From the NCBI GenBank assembly GCA_001002415.1, contig LCMB01000006.1:1-48143 (forward strand): a DNA stretch of 48,143 bases. The letters are read 5' to 3'. The DNA is from Microgenomates group bacterium GW2011_GWF2_46_18 (GTDB taxonomy: Bacteria > Patescibacteriota > Microgenomatia > UBA1400 > UBA12108). Below, in pieces: positions 39,434-48,143 of the stretch. The notes below the pieces were generated by a model. It ran no database searches, was not told where the DNA came from, and saw nothing but the letters and a program-made list of their open reading frames with translations. Numbering within the stretch: position 1 is the first letter of the stretch; every line of letters begins with the position of its first letter. The position numbers were made by a program, and so were the translations under genes.

Positions 39434-40408
39434 ATGTTACTAAACCAGGTTTTTACTCTTAATCCAAAAATCCAATCGCTTCTCAACACCCTAGAAGGTC
39501 AAAAGACGGCCTTCCATCTGATCCCCGTCAAGCCAGCCATAACCATTAATCTCCGTCGTCACTCGCTCCTAGGTAGCGCTCGTTTTTCTGCTCGCATTGA
39601 AGGTATTGTTCACGACTCAGACACCAACAAACTAGCTATTCAAAATTTAGAAAATACTTACACCTGGCTCTACACCCAGCCTACGACAATTCCACTTGAC
39701 CTAAACTTTCTTAAAACTCTTCATGCCAAATCTCTTCACAATCTTCGCAGTGACGCCGGGCAATTCCGAACCGAGCAATCTGCCATCTTTAACTCTGCAG
39801 GGATCGCCGTTTACCTCACACCTCCTCCCCAAGATATTATCCCTCTCCTATCTTCCTGGCAATTACAAGGTTCCGTCCTTTGTAAAACTATTATCTCCCA
39901 CTATCAGTTTGAGAAAATCCATCCATTCCTCGATGGTAACGGTAGGGTGGGTCGTCTTATCCTAACCCAACAACTCCGCAGAATAAACTTCGATTTCTCC
40001 GGCCTTCTTTCCCTCGAAGAGAAAATTGATCAAACTCGAGACGATTACTACTACCACCTCCAAAATGAAAGCCGTGACGTAACTGCCTTTATCGAATACT
40101 TTCTTTCCTTAATGGTGGACTCCGCCTCCCAAGTTTTAACCAAAATCTCTCAGCCTCACGATCTTTCCACTGCTTCTACTCTCCTTCCCCGCCGCCAGGA
40201 GCTACTCAATATTATAGCCGATCACTCTCCCTGCAGTTTTGACTTCCTCCATCGGCGTTTTATGGCTATCCCCGCCAGTACTCTCAGGTACGATCTCCTC
40301 AATCTCCAAAGAAAAAACCTCATCACCAAACTCGGTGTTACTCGCGGAGCTCTCTACTCTACTCGAATCCAGAGCTCCCCGTCGCTACCGGAATCGGACT
40401 CATCATGA
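39434..40408 (+). CDS. Fic family protein (class II, N-terminal inhibitory helix) with C-terminal winged HTH
   Basis: HPFLDGNGRVGR Fic motif; SARIEG matches (S/T)xxxE(G/N); C-terminal STLRYDLLNLQRKNLITKLGVTRGALY wHTH. Confidence 0.93.
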   Translation: MLLNQVFTLNPKIQSLLNTLEGQKTAFHLIPVKPAITINLRRHSLLGSARFSARIEGIVHDSDTNKLAIQNLENTYTWLYTQPTTIPLDLNFLKTLHAKSLHNLRSDAGQFRTEQSAIFNSAGIAVYLTPPPQDIIPLLSSWQLQGSVLCKTIISHYQFEKIHPFLDGNGRVGRLILTQQLRRINFDFSGLLSLEEKIDQTRDDYYYHLQNESRDVTAFIEYFLSLMVDSASQVLTKISQPHDLSTASTLLPRRQELLNIIADHSPCSFDFLHRRFMAIPASTLRYDLLNLQRKNLITKLGVTRGALYSTRIQSSPSLPESDSS

Positions 40409-40470
40409 TCGTCATCAGTTCCGATGTACTCTTGGTGGTAATTGCTTGTGGTGCCATAATTGCCACCCAG

Positions 40471-43400
40471 TTATATACATAGTCCCGCAAAGCCAATCGA
40501 TCCAAGAGAATTGTAAATCCTCCTGGGGTAACCTCGGTAATGGTTGCTTCCCACCAACGAGATGTTTACCATCGGAGCAACTTGGTAGGGAGTGGTAAAG
40601 TTCACCCGTACTTGATCGGTATAGGTTTTAACTGTTGCGATCCCTGCCATATCCTTGTCGCCAAAACTCACCCTCCCGACCAAACTGGTATTCCCTTCAA
40701 ACTGCAAAGCCTCCGGAGTATTTAACAGTTGGTTAATATCCAGTTTGCGATACAGTCCGTGGACAGCTCCGTCACTCATAAAAGTCTCCACGTAAGGAAT
40801 CAGGGTATCTCCGATCGAAAGACCAGCTACTTCCTCCTTGGGGATCTGAAAGCCGGCTGTTCTAGCCGCATAGTGCCACTCTCCTCCCTCTCTAAAGTAA
40901 ATTCTATGATTGGTAGTATCAATTCCTAGGAGTCCATCGGTGGCTCCTCCTGAGAAGTCAGAGTCAGAGATCGTCCCTGCCTTAGTATAGGTAGCTACTC
41001 CATTTAAGGTGCCATTGATTAGTCCCTGGACGTTAAGACCTGTTACTCCCGTATTAGAGTCTAAGACATACATGGTCTGGGTACTGCCTACTCCTACTTG
41101 AACCTTGACTTCATCTACATATACGGTCTTCCCAGCTTTCACTCTGACTCCATAGTTCTTGCTAGATGCTACGCCGGTAAAGCTACCTGTCAGCTTGTAC
41201 CAGCCTGTTCCTCCCATGGGAGTGTAGGTGGTGGTGAGAGTGGTCGTGTCGTAGTAAAGGGAGAGGTCTGCGGAGGTGACGACACTCCCATCGGTGTAGG
41301 CGTAGGCAATGAGGTTATATGTTTCTGTGTCTCCTACGTTGGCGGATTGAAGGTAATCTCCATAAGTAGTTCCCCCGACCAGTTTGACCGAGGCGGTACT
41401 ATTGTTGTATTTAATCGTTGTTTCTCTTGTCGCTGTTAGAGTTGTTGGTGTAATCTCTTCATACTCTCCTCCCGTCCCCCGAGGGAACAAACTAAAGTTA
41501 TCAAAGCTGTTGCCACTATATGTACTAAATAGCCCGTGTTTAATGTTGGTATTTGCTGTCATGGTTAGTTCTGCGCCTACTAAAGCGTTGTTGTAGTAGA
41601 CACGAAGTTTGGTCCCCTCACGGATTACCCGCAGGGTAGCACCTGCAGAATAGGTAACAGTCGTAGTTTGTTTATTGGTATAAACCCCTGCTACGGCTTC
41701 ATCTACTTTTACACTGGTGCCGTCATGGTAGATAATAATAAAGTTGGCAGGGCTTGAAGTACTATCCAGATTCAAAACTAATCCTGCCTGTGTCCCGGCA
41801 GTTAAAGTAACATTAGCGTCTGCTATCACATCACTATCACTGGTTGAGACAGTGGAGAAGAGGGAGGAGAGGGTGAGGGGCTTAACTAAGAAATTATCTA
41901 TAGTAATATCTTCTGTGGCACCTCTATTTATTTGTATAAGTGTTGAAGCTGCTCTACCAGTATATAATTTTGTTCCAACTCCTGTTATTCCACCAATAGC
42001 CATACCACTGACACCACCAATGTATGCGTTTAAGGTTCCTAAAGTAGAGTCTGTTAAATCAACATTAAATTGATACCATGTTCCTGTTGTGGCAGTGTTC
42101 TGATTTATACCAGTTCCTTTAGTATTGTCGCTAACCAATCGTGCTTTTCCAGAAACCTCAGTCACATAGTTATTTGCATCTTCTGTATCAACAAGTGTCC
42201 AACCTGTGGGATTGTCGCCAGACCATGAAGCAAAATCGCCGTTTGTAACTACACTATCTCCAACTGTTGGTGTAATCACATTGGTATTTCCTGATATTGC
42301 CCCACCTGTCCACTCTAGGGCAGGGGTAGTTTGCTCGTCTGGCCCAGTTGTCTCACTTGAGCCAATCGCCCCGTCCGCTCTGGTAAAAGTATCGTAGGCA
42401 AGAGGAGTAGGAAGCCATGTAGCGGTGGGGATGCGGATGTTGTCGGCGGTAAAGACCGAGGCGCCATAAGCCTGACCTACAAATGGGTACATGGGAGTTG
42501 TAGTTGTTACTTTTGTTGTATAAAGAAGTGTCCAATTTGTATATGCCCCGCCTTTTATAAACATATAGTGTCCAGTACCACGCAACACATCAGCAAGTAA
42601 ATAATCCGTCCCAGTAGAAAATGAGTTTGCAACGGCAATTCCAGTATCATAAATAGAGCCATTAAAATTAAATCCTTCTGTTCCAATCCCAGAACCAGAT
42701 GCAATTGTCCACCCAAATCTTACAATACCACTTGCACTATTTACTTTTATAATGGCTGTTTTCCCAGCAGTTCTGGCTTGGGAAGCATACCATAGTCCAG
42801 GGTCAGGAACACCAGTACCAACCCCCCCCGTTGCAAAACTCAACTGACTACCAGTAATACTCAATTTTGAATTAGTATCCACCACCGTCCTTGTTCCCCC
42901 AGTCGGTTCAGCAGATGTGCCATTGACTGCTCCGGCAGCACGGTCGGTAGTAAATTCATCATTCAGGGTGTAGCTAGGTTCCTCACTCCAACTAGTTAGG
43001 TCAGCGTCAAAGGTGCCGTTGGTGAGTTTGTTGGTGGGGTCAGTAGAGGTTGCATCCCAGGTCGTGGAGTTAGTGCCATAGGAAAGGCCGAGGACTTTAG
43101 TGCCAGAGTTAGTTAGCCTTAGTCCATCAACTCCACTGGTAGCTCCGATATCTAGTAGGGAGGTAGGAGCGGTGGTATTGATCCCGATATAGCCGGAGGA
43201 GGTGTCCGCTACTAGATCATTGGTATTGACGATAAAGTCACCGGTAGTAGCGAGTGTGACGTTCAGGTTCTGTCCAGCGGTGGGGGAGAGAGTGAGGGCT
43301 CCTCCCGTGCCCACTCCTTGCATAGTGAGGGCTCCGGTTATCCCAACGGTACTGGTCCAGTAGTTAGAGGTGTCATAGCCTAGTCGCTCTTGTTCAGTCA

Positions 43401-46400
43401 GGGCGATGACATGGAGCTTGGCTGATGGGGTAGTAGTTCCTATTCCCACTCTCCCTTCCGAAGTATCCACCACTAAATCATTGGTATTAACTTTAAAATC
43501 TCCGGTTGTAGCTAGAGATAGATTCAGTCCTGATCCCGAAGCGGGGGTAATGGTCAAGGCTCCGGTTGAGGTTAGAGAGTTGCCGGATAGATTAAGTGAC
43601 CCAGCGATATCGTTACTGGTTCCGTTAATATCTAGGTTACCTGTAAGAGAGAGTCCTCCACTCGGTGTTAGACTCCCTAGTACTGCTCCGGTTGAATCTT
43701 GCCACTCTTGGAGGTCCTCGGTTTGACCAGAGAAACCTTTGACAATTAAGGCTTGGAGACTAGCTAGGCCAGAATTGAGGGTAGTAGTTGATTCCACACT
43801 CATGCCCCCTAGTCCGGTGGTTGAGTTAGTGATCCCCAGGATGGTTCCGGCTCCGCTGGTATTAAAGAGAGCTAGGTTATCGACATACACAGTTTTGCCT
43901 CCCTTGACCTTCACTCCATAGTTCTTGGCACTGGCTACTCCGGTTAAGGTACCTGATAGTTTGTACCACCCGTCCCCGACCGAGGTATAGGTGGTAGAGA
44001 GGACGGCGGTGTCGTAGTAGAGCTCGAGGTCAGCGGAGGTAACTGCCGCTCCAGTGGTGTAGGCGTAGGCGGTGAGGTTATATGTTGAGGTATCGGGGAG
44101 GGTAACGGATTGAAGGTAGGTAGCATCTACTCCACCTGCTACCAGTTGAACTGATGCTTCTCCGGAGTACATAATACTGGTATTTCTAGTTGGAGTTATC
44201 TCTTCAAATGGTGCACTGGAATATTCTCCTCCTGTCCCCCTGGCAAACAAACTAAAGTTATCGAATGAGTTACCACTGTAGGTAGAGAATAGCCCATGTT
44301 TGGTGTTACTGATGATTGAGGCGTCAGTCACTGTTTGTTCTGTTCCTACCAAAGCGTTGTTGTAGTAGACACGAACCTTAAGAGTATTAGCATCACTGTG
44401 ATAGGTAACAACTTGCAGTGGTGCGCTATGTACATAAGTGGTCGTAGCACTAATTAAATTTGTCCATGTAGTAGCCGTTGTAAATTTATATAACTTAACA
44501 TAAGTGCCATCGGTATAAGCCACCAATCCTGCAGTCGGGGTGGTTGCATCATTTAAATTGGTTACAATTCCGGCCGGTGATATCGAATGTACGTCTGCCG
44601 CCGATAAAACATTTACGGTTGCTACCACATCAGTATCGCTCGTCGAAACCGTTGAAAAAAGTGACGAAAGAGTCATCGGTTTGACAGATATTTCATCAAA
44701 TAAATTTGTTGCCCCTAGTGTCGGATAATTCCACAATTTTTGGTATAGAGACGTTCCGCCACTTAAAAACATAGCTGTTTTCTCCGTCCAAGTTGAATTC
44801 TCAATTGCCTTCCCCCAATATTGTCTACCCCCATCTGTATAACCTCCCTCTATATACGCATTTATGGTACCCTTTTTATAGTAAAGGGACGATTTATACC
44901 ATACTCCGGTACTCATAGAAGATTGTTGTGATACGGTTCCGTAATCCGTAGTGGTATTAGTTATTTGCAAAGCATTACCCGATTGTCCACCGGCCACACT
45001 TTCAAGAGTCGCTTTCACCGGGGTCCAGCCAGAGGCATCACTTTCAAATGTTCCATTGGTAATTACTTCATCTCCCAATACCGGTGTGATGACATTTTTG
45101 TTAGAAGCAATTGCTCCCCCTGTCCACGCCAAACTCGGTGTAGTTTGCGAATCCGGTCCAGTTGTCTCACTACTGCCGATTGTCCCATCTGCTCGGGTAA
45201 AGGTATCGTAAGCTAAGGGAGTCGGTAACCACAAATCAGAGATTACTTTTATCTCATCGGCCGTGAACACAGATGTAGTCGAGCCGGCACTAATCGATGG
45301 CGTTTCTCCCGGCACCGAGAATCTAAAGGGCATGTAATTGGTATATGTGCCCTGAACTAAACCTTTTCCGTAATCTCCATAGTCTGCAATCCGCCATTTA
45401 TACTCTTCTCCAGGTGTCAGATTAAGTGTTTGTGTCGGTGATATCGAACAAACCAATCCACTACAAGCTTGGGCGACTGTGTACCACAGTACGTGTACAG
45501 CCGTTCCATCATTCTTATATGCTTCAAAACGGTAATATGTCGCCCCGGTAACTCCCGTCCAACTAAAAGTATTATTCCAAGAAGCTTGGTTATTAATCGG
45601 AGAGTTTAAAACCACGTATGATCCTGACCACCACGGAGTAGTCCAAAGTAAAGTCCAATTTGTGTATGATCCACCTTTTATGTACCAATAAAATCCGTTT
45701 GTCTGCATTACTCCGGCAACGTAATACGTTCCTGCTGTGTAGGTGCCAACAGCAGTCGCCGCAATATTATTTGAAGCAATCTGCAAGACACCGGACGCTG
45801 CAAAAACCAATCTATCGGTAATTGCACCACCGGCAACCGTATCCCAACCTACGTTGATTACTCCATTGGTATCTGATGCTATCACTTTCGCGACCAATAT
45901 CTTACCCGCCCCCGTCGTAATTGACGGATATCTGACTCCATCATTGGCTACCCCCCCAGTCGAAAAATTTAATATTCCCGATCCCACACTGATTTTTGAA
46001 TTTGTATCCACTGCTGTTCTGGTATTCACTCCATCGGTCGCCAGTGTGTTATTGACGGAACCCGCCGAAACAGTATCGGAAAACTCATCTTCAAGACCAT
46101 AAGTCAGTCCTACCCACCCAGTCAAATCCGTCTCAAACGTTCCGTTACTTAGTTTGTTCACGGATGAGAGGGCAGGGGAGTCAAGGTTAACTCCGGTTGA
46201 GTTCCACTTGATCGCCAACTTCGTGACATCACTGGTATCCGTTAGTTTCAGCCCCTCCACCCCAGTTGCCACCGATGAGGCGGTATCTCCCAGGACGGTG
46301 AGGGTATTAGCTGGGGTAGTCGTGCCGATCCCTACGTTCCCTCCAGCCATCAACAGTAAATTTTCACTCCCCGTGGTCGTAATCTGATTCGTTGCCCCTC

Positions 46401-47769
46401 CATCAATCGTGATTGTTCCTCCCGTCACCGTCCCCGTGGTGGTAATCCCATCGGCTCCCGTATCAATCGCACCGAAGCCGCTGGTTATACTGCCCGAATT
46501 TAAAGCTCCCACGGTGGTCAATGAGGAAGTAACGATATTCACCCCCAAAGTACTCCCGCTCAAAGCGGAGGTTCCTCCTATCAACAAAGCTCCCGTCAAA
46601 TTAGCGTTCCCACTCTCATCAATGTAAGCCACATTCGTCGCATTATGCCCATATATCGTCAAAGGGTAGGCCGTGACCGGTACCGAAGCCACTCCCGAAT
46701 ATCCCAAAATAATGTCTCCATCCTCATCCACCACTGCTTTCTCATAACCATTGATCGCCAGTCCCAACAGTTGTCCGTTGGCTACCGCCGTCGTCGGATT
46801 AATAATCACCGAAGCCTGGGCAAAGGTGGAGGCGGTTGGAGCATAACTAAAAGTAGTTTGACCCGAAAATGTCAGAGAGTCATTGGAATAAATGTTCGCT
46901 ACCATTAGATTATCAAACCGCAAAGCCGCTGATCCCAAATCACTCCCCAAGTCTGTATCCGGTAGCAAATTTGTTCCATCTGCTATTCGGCCGGTAAAGG
47001 TAACCGTATCGGTCACTGCATTGCCCAAAGTTATATTCCCATTCAAGGCTAGGGTTCCATCTAAGGTGGTAGTTCCGGTTACTCCCAGGGTAGAGTCTAG
47101 GGTGAGGGCTCCCGTATAGTGGCCGGTACCTGCAACATCTAGTTTGTAGGTGGGGGTGAGGGTACCGACTCCCAGGTTATCGGTAGTAGTTGTTAAGTAG
47201 ACACTAGTCCCTGAGTCAGTAAAGCCGGAGAGGGTGTAATCAACTGCCGCACTAGTAATGGTGATCTTGTCACTGTCGGGGTCAGTTGTGAGGGTAATCC
47301 CTCCACTCCCAGCCAGGGTTAAGGTATCGGCATTGGTATCGGTACTTAAGCTGGTCTGGCCTGAAACCGCAATCGTTTTAAAGATATTCTGTCCGCTCCC
47401 CGTATCGGAGTTAGTGAGAGTAAGGCCGGAGAGGGTCATCCCACTCCCCGCGGTTAAGGTTAAAGCTCCGGTTTGTCCTTGGAGGGAGAGTACTCCCGTA
47501 TTAGTGAGGGTAGGGGACTGACCCTCGGAGACTCTGATCCCACTTCCCCCGGTTAACGAATAGATTACGTTGGGAGCTGTGAGGGGTTGGGTAAAGCGGG
47601 CCGGGACATTGACGGTAAAGTAGAGCTGTTCCTGGGTGGTTCCAAGCACACTCTGCTCGATTTGTTCCTGTGGCTCAGCTGGAGCCGGCTGTTTCTTCCC
47701 CACTAGCCAGATCCCCCCAATTCCCAGGAGTCCCAATCCGATTATGACCAAACCTCGTTTCATATTCAT
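40471..47769 (-). CDS. giant membrane-anchored adhesin / tail-fibre-like surface protein (~2430 aa), 3' end frameshifted (restored end 40359)
   Basis: N-terminal TM (RGLVIIGLGLLGIGGIWLV), T/G/S-rich beta structure, VGIGTTTP repeats, CBM-like NGTF...W motifs, internal duplication; GGAGG RBS before ATG 47769. Confidence 0.8.
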   Translation of the reverse strand: MNMKRGLVIIGLGLLGIGGIWLVGKKQPAPAEPQEQIEQSVLGTTQEQLYFTVNVPARFTQPLTAPNVIYSLTGGSGIRVSEGQSPTLTNTGVLSLQGQTGALTLTAGSGMTLSGLTLTNSDTGSGQNIFKTIAVSGQTSLSTDTNADTLTLAGSGGITLTTDPDSDKITITSAAVDYTLSGFTDSGTSVYLTTTTDNLGVGTLTPTYKLDVAGTGHYTGALTLDSTLGVTGTTTLDGTLALNGNITLGNAVTDTVTFTGRIADGTNLLPDTDLGSDLGSAALRFDNLMVANIYSNDSLTFSGQTTFSYAPTASTFAQASVIINPTTAVANGQLLGLAINGYEKAVVDEDGDIILGYSGVASVPVTAYPLTIYGHNATNVAYIDESGNANLTGALLIGGTSALSGSTLGVNIVTSSLTTVGALNSGSITSGFGAIDTGADGITTTGTVTGGTITIDGGATNQITTTGSENLLLMAGGNVGIGTTTPANTLTVLGDTASSVATGVEGLKLTDTSDVTKLAIKWNSTGVNLDSPALSSVNKLSNGTFETDLTGWVGLTYGLEDEFSDTVSAGSVNNTLATDGVNTRTAVDTNSKISVGSGILNFSTGGVANDGVRYPSITTGAGKILVAKVIASDTNGVINVGWDTVAGGAITDRLVFAASGVLQIASNNIAATAVGTYTAGTYYVAGVMQTNGFYWYIKGGSYTNWTLLWTTPWWSGSYVVLNSPINNQASWNNTFSWTGVTGATYYRFEAYKNDGTAVHVLWYTVAQACSGLVCSISPTQTLNLTPGEEYKWRIADYGDYGKGLVQGTYTNYMPFRFSVPGETPSISAGSTTSVFTADEIKVISDLWLPTPLAYDTFTRADGTIGSSETTGPDSQTTPSLAWTGGAIASNKNVITPVLGDEVITNGTFESDASGWTPVKATLESVAGGQSGNALQITNTTTDYGTVSQQSSMSTGVWYKSSLYYKKGTINAYIEGGYTDGGRQYWGKAIENSTWTEKTAMFLSGGTSLYQKLWNYPTLGATNLFDEISVKPMTLSSLFSTVSTSDTDVVATVNVLSAADVHSISPAGIVTNLNDATTPTAGLVAYTDGTYVKLYKFTTATTWTNLISATTTYVHSAPLQVVTYHSDANTLKVRVYYNNALVGTEQTVTDASIISNTKHGLFSTYSGNSFDNFSLFARGTGGEYSSAPFEEITPTRNTSIMYSGEASVQLVAGGVDATYLQSVTLPDTSTYNLTAYAYTTGAAVTSADLELYYDTAVLSTTYTSVGDGWYKLSGTLTGVASAKNYGVKVKGGKTVYVDNLALFNTSGAGTILGITNSTTGLGGMSVESTTTLNSGLASLQALIVKGFSGQTEDLQEWQDSTGAVLGSLTPSGGLSLTGNLDINGTSNDIAGSLNLSGNSLTSTGALTITPASGSGLNLSLATTGDFKVNTNDLVVDTSEGRVGIGTTTPSAKLHVIALTEQERLGYDTSNYWTSTVGITGALTMQGVGTGGALTLSPTAGQNLNVTLATTGDFIVNTNDLVADTSSGYIGINTTAPTSLLDIGATSGVDGLRLTNSGTKVLGLSYGTNSTTWDATSTDPTNKLTNGTFDADLTSWSEEPSYTLNDEFTTDRAAGAVNGTSAEPTGGTRTVVDTNSKLSITGSQLSFATGGVGTGVPDPGLWYASQARTAGKTAIIKVNSASGIVRFGWTIASGSGIGTEGFNFNGSIYDTGIAVANSFSTGTDYLLADVLRGTGHYMFIKGGAYTNWTLLYTTKVTTTTPMYPFVGQAYGASVFTADNIRIPTATWLPTPLAYDTFTRADGAIGSSETTGPDEQTTPALEWTGGAISGNTNVITPTVGDSVVTNGDFASWSGDNPTGWTLVDTEDANNYVTEVSGKARLVSDNTKGTGINQNTATTGTWYQFNVDLTDSTLGTLNAYIGGVSGMAIGGITGVGTKLYTGRAASTLIQINRGATEDITIDNFLVKPLTLSSLFSTVSTSDSDVIADANVTLTAGTQAGLVLNLDSTSSPANFIIIYHDGTSVKVDEAVAGVYTNKQTTTVTYSAGATLRVIREGTKLRVYYNNALVGAELTMTANTNIKHGLFSTYSGNSFDNFSLFPRGTGGEYEEITPTTLTATRETTIKYNNSTASVKLVGGTTYGDYLQSANVGDTETYNLIAYAYTDGSVVTSADLSLYYDTTTLTTTYTPMGGTGWYKLTGSFTGVASSKNYGVRVKAGKTVYVDEVKVQVGVGSTQTMYVLDSNTGVTGLNVQGLINGTLNGVATYTKAGTISDSDFSGGATDGLLGIDTTNHRIYFREGGEWHYAARTAGFQIPKEEVAGLSIGDTLIPYVETFMSDGAVHGLYRKLDINQLLNTPEALQFEGNTSLVGRVSFGDKDMAGIATVKTYTDQVRVNFTTPYQVAPMVNISLVGSNHYRGYPRRIYNSLGSIGFAGLCI
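41098..43030 (-). repeat. internal duplication, copy 2 (adhesin module)
   Basis: Shares NKLxNGTF, VDTNSK, IKGGxYTNWTLL, WLPTPLAYDTFTRADG, TLSSLFSTVSTSD, RVYYNNALVG, HGLFSTYSGNSFDNFSLF and GKTVYVD with copy 1. Confidence 0.9.
43867..46156 (-). repeat. internal duplication, copy 1 (adhesin module, with extra FN3-like insert)
   Basis: Same ordered motifs as 41098-43030, plus an insert of about 110 aa at ~45300-45636. Confidence 0.9.
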
Positions 47770-47770
47770 A

Positions 47771-48142
47771 TTATTCAATTCCTCCCGTAGGAACTGAGAT
47801 CGCAAACCAATAGTAAGAATAATCGCGGGGAGCCAGTGAATCTAACTGTAAAGTGAACCCGGCGGAAGAAGCATTGGTCAAAGATACTCTTCTCCCCTCC
47901 GCTAGGAATGCCGAATCACTCGCTGTCGGCGTTGTGAGTGTATAGGTAATAATCGGCGTACTTGCAAACGGTGTCTGGAAGGCTACATCCACTTTATCGG
48001 TATACATACTAATCGTCGCCACTCCCGCCATATCGGAATCAGCGAAGGTCACTCGGTTGTTAAAGGTCACATCGTTGGTGAGGGTGATGGCGGAACTCGT
48101 ACTGAGTAATTGGTTAATATCCAGTTTGCGGTAGAGTCCGTG
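47771..48142 (-). CDS. C-terminal part of a paralogous giant surface protein (truncated by window end)
   Basis: Frame is open to the window edge. HGLYRKLDINQLL...RVTFADSDMAGVATI...GFTLQLD...RDYSYYWFAI matches the C-terminus of the downstream giant protein; 21-bp identity between 48110-48130 and 40729-40749. Confidence 0.85.
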   Translation of the reverse strand, partial: HGLYRKLDINQLLSTSSAITLTNDVTFNNRVTFADSDMAGVATISMYTDKVDVAFQTPFASTPIITYTLTTPTASDSAFLAEGRRVSLTNASSAGFTLQLDSLAPRDYSYYWFAISVPTGGIE

Positions 48143-48143
48143 A

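Noticed and set aside
40471-48143. Diversity-generating retroelement target/template pair
   Set aside because: No reverse transcriptase in the window, and repeat differences are not adenine-specific; they look like ordinary paralog divergence.

Overview
A 48 kb, mostly housekeeping chromosomal segment of a streamlined bacterium, very likely Patescibacteria/CPR (Microgenomates-like). That assignment is inferred from a DUF5660-like gene, domain-reduced Tig/ThrS/PheT/NusB/HolB, a type IV pilus locus without pilQ/pilP, and giant surface proteins. Gene order: AT-rich island tail (XRE regulator, PLD/HKD protein); tig; tRNA-Val; thrS-infC-rpmI-rplT-pheS-pheT; class A PBP; a complete Tyr T-box riboswitch heading a GNAT-like gene, an M20 deacylase and tyrS; recG-rpmF-nusB-rnc-rpsP-khpA; a full T4P locus whose 7-gene pilin block is inverted; holB-like; gyrB-ppa-gyrA, with GyrA fused in frame to a cytidine deaminase; alr-ddl (CTG start); a Fic-wHTH gene with a 4x10-bp repeat over its promoter; and a 7.3 kb mosaic adhesin-like gene with a tandem paralog cut by the window edge. 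Most interesting: (1) the GyrA-cytidine deaminase fusion; (2) the tRNA-Tyr-sensing GNAT/M20/TyrRS operon; (3) the nested, codon-mosaic giant adhesin, suggestive of segmental recombination among paralogs; (4) pervasive leaderless-type promoters, including on an ATG-started infC. All calls come from reading the sequence by eye; no database searches were run.
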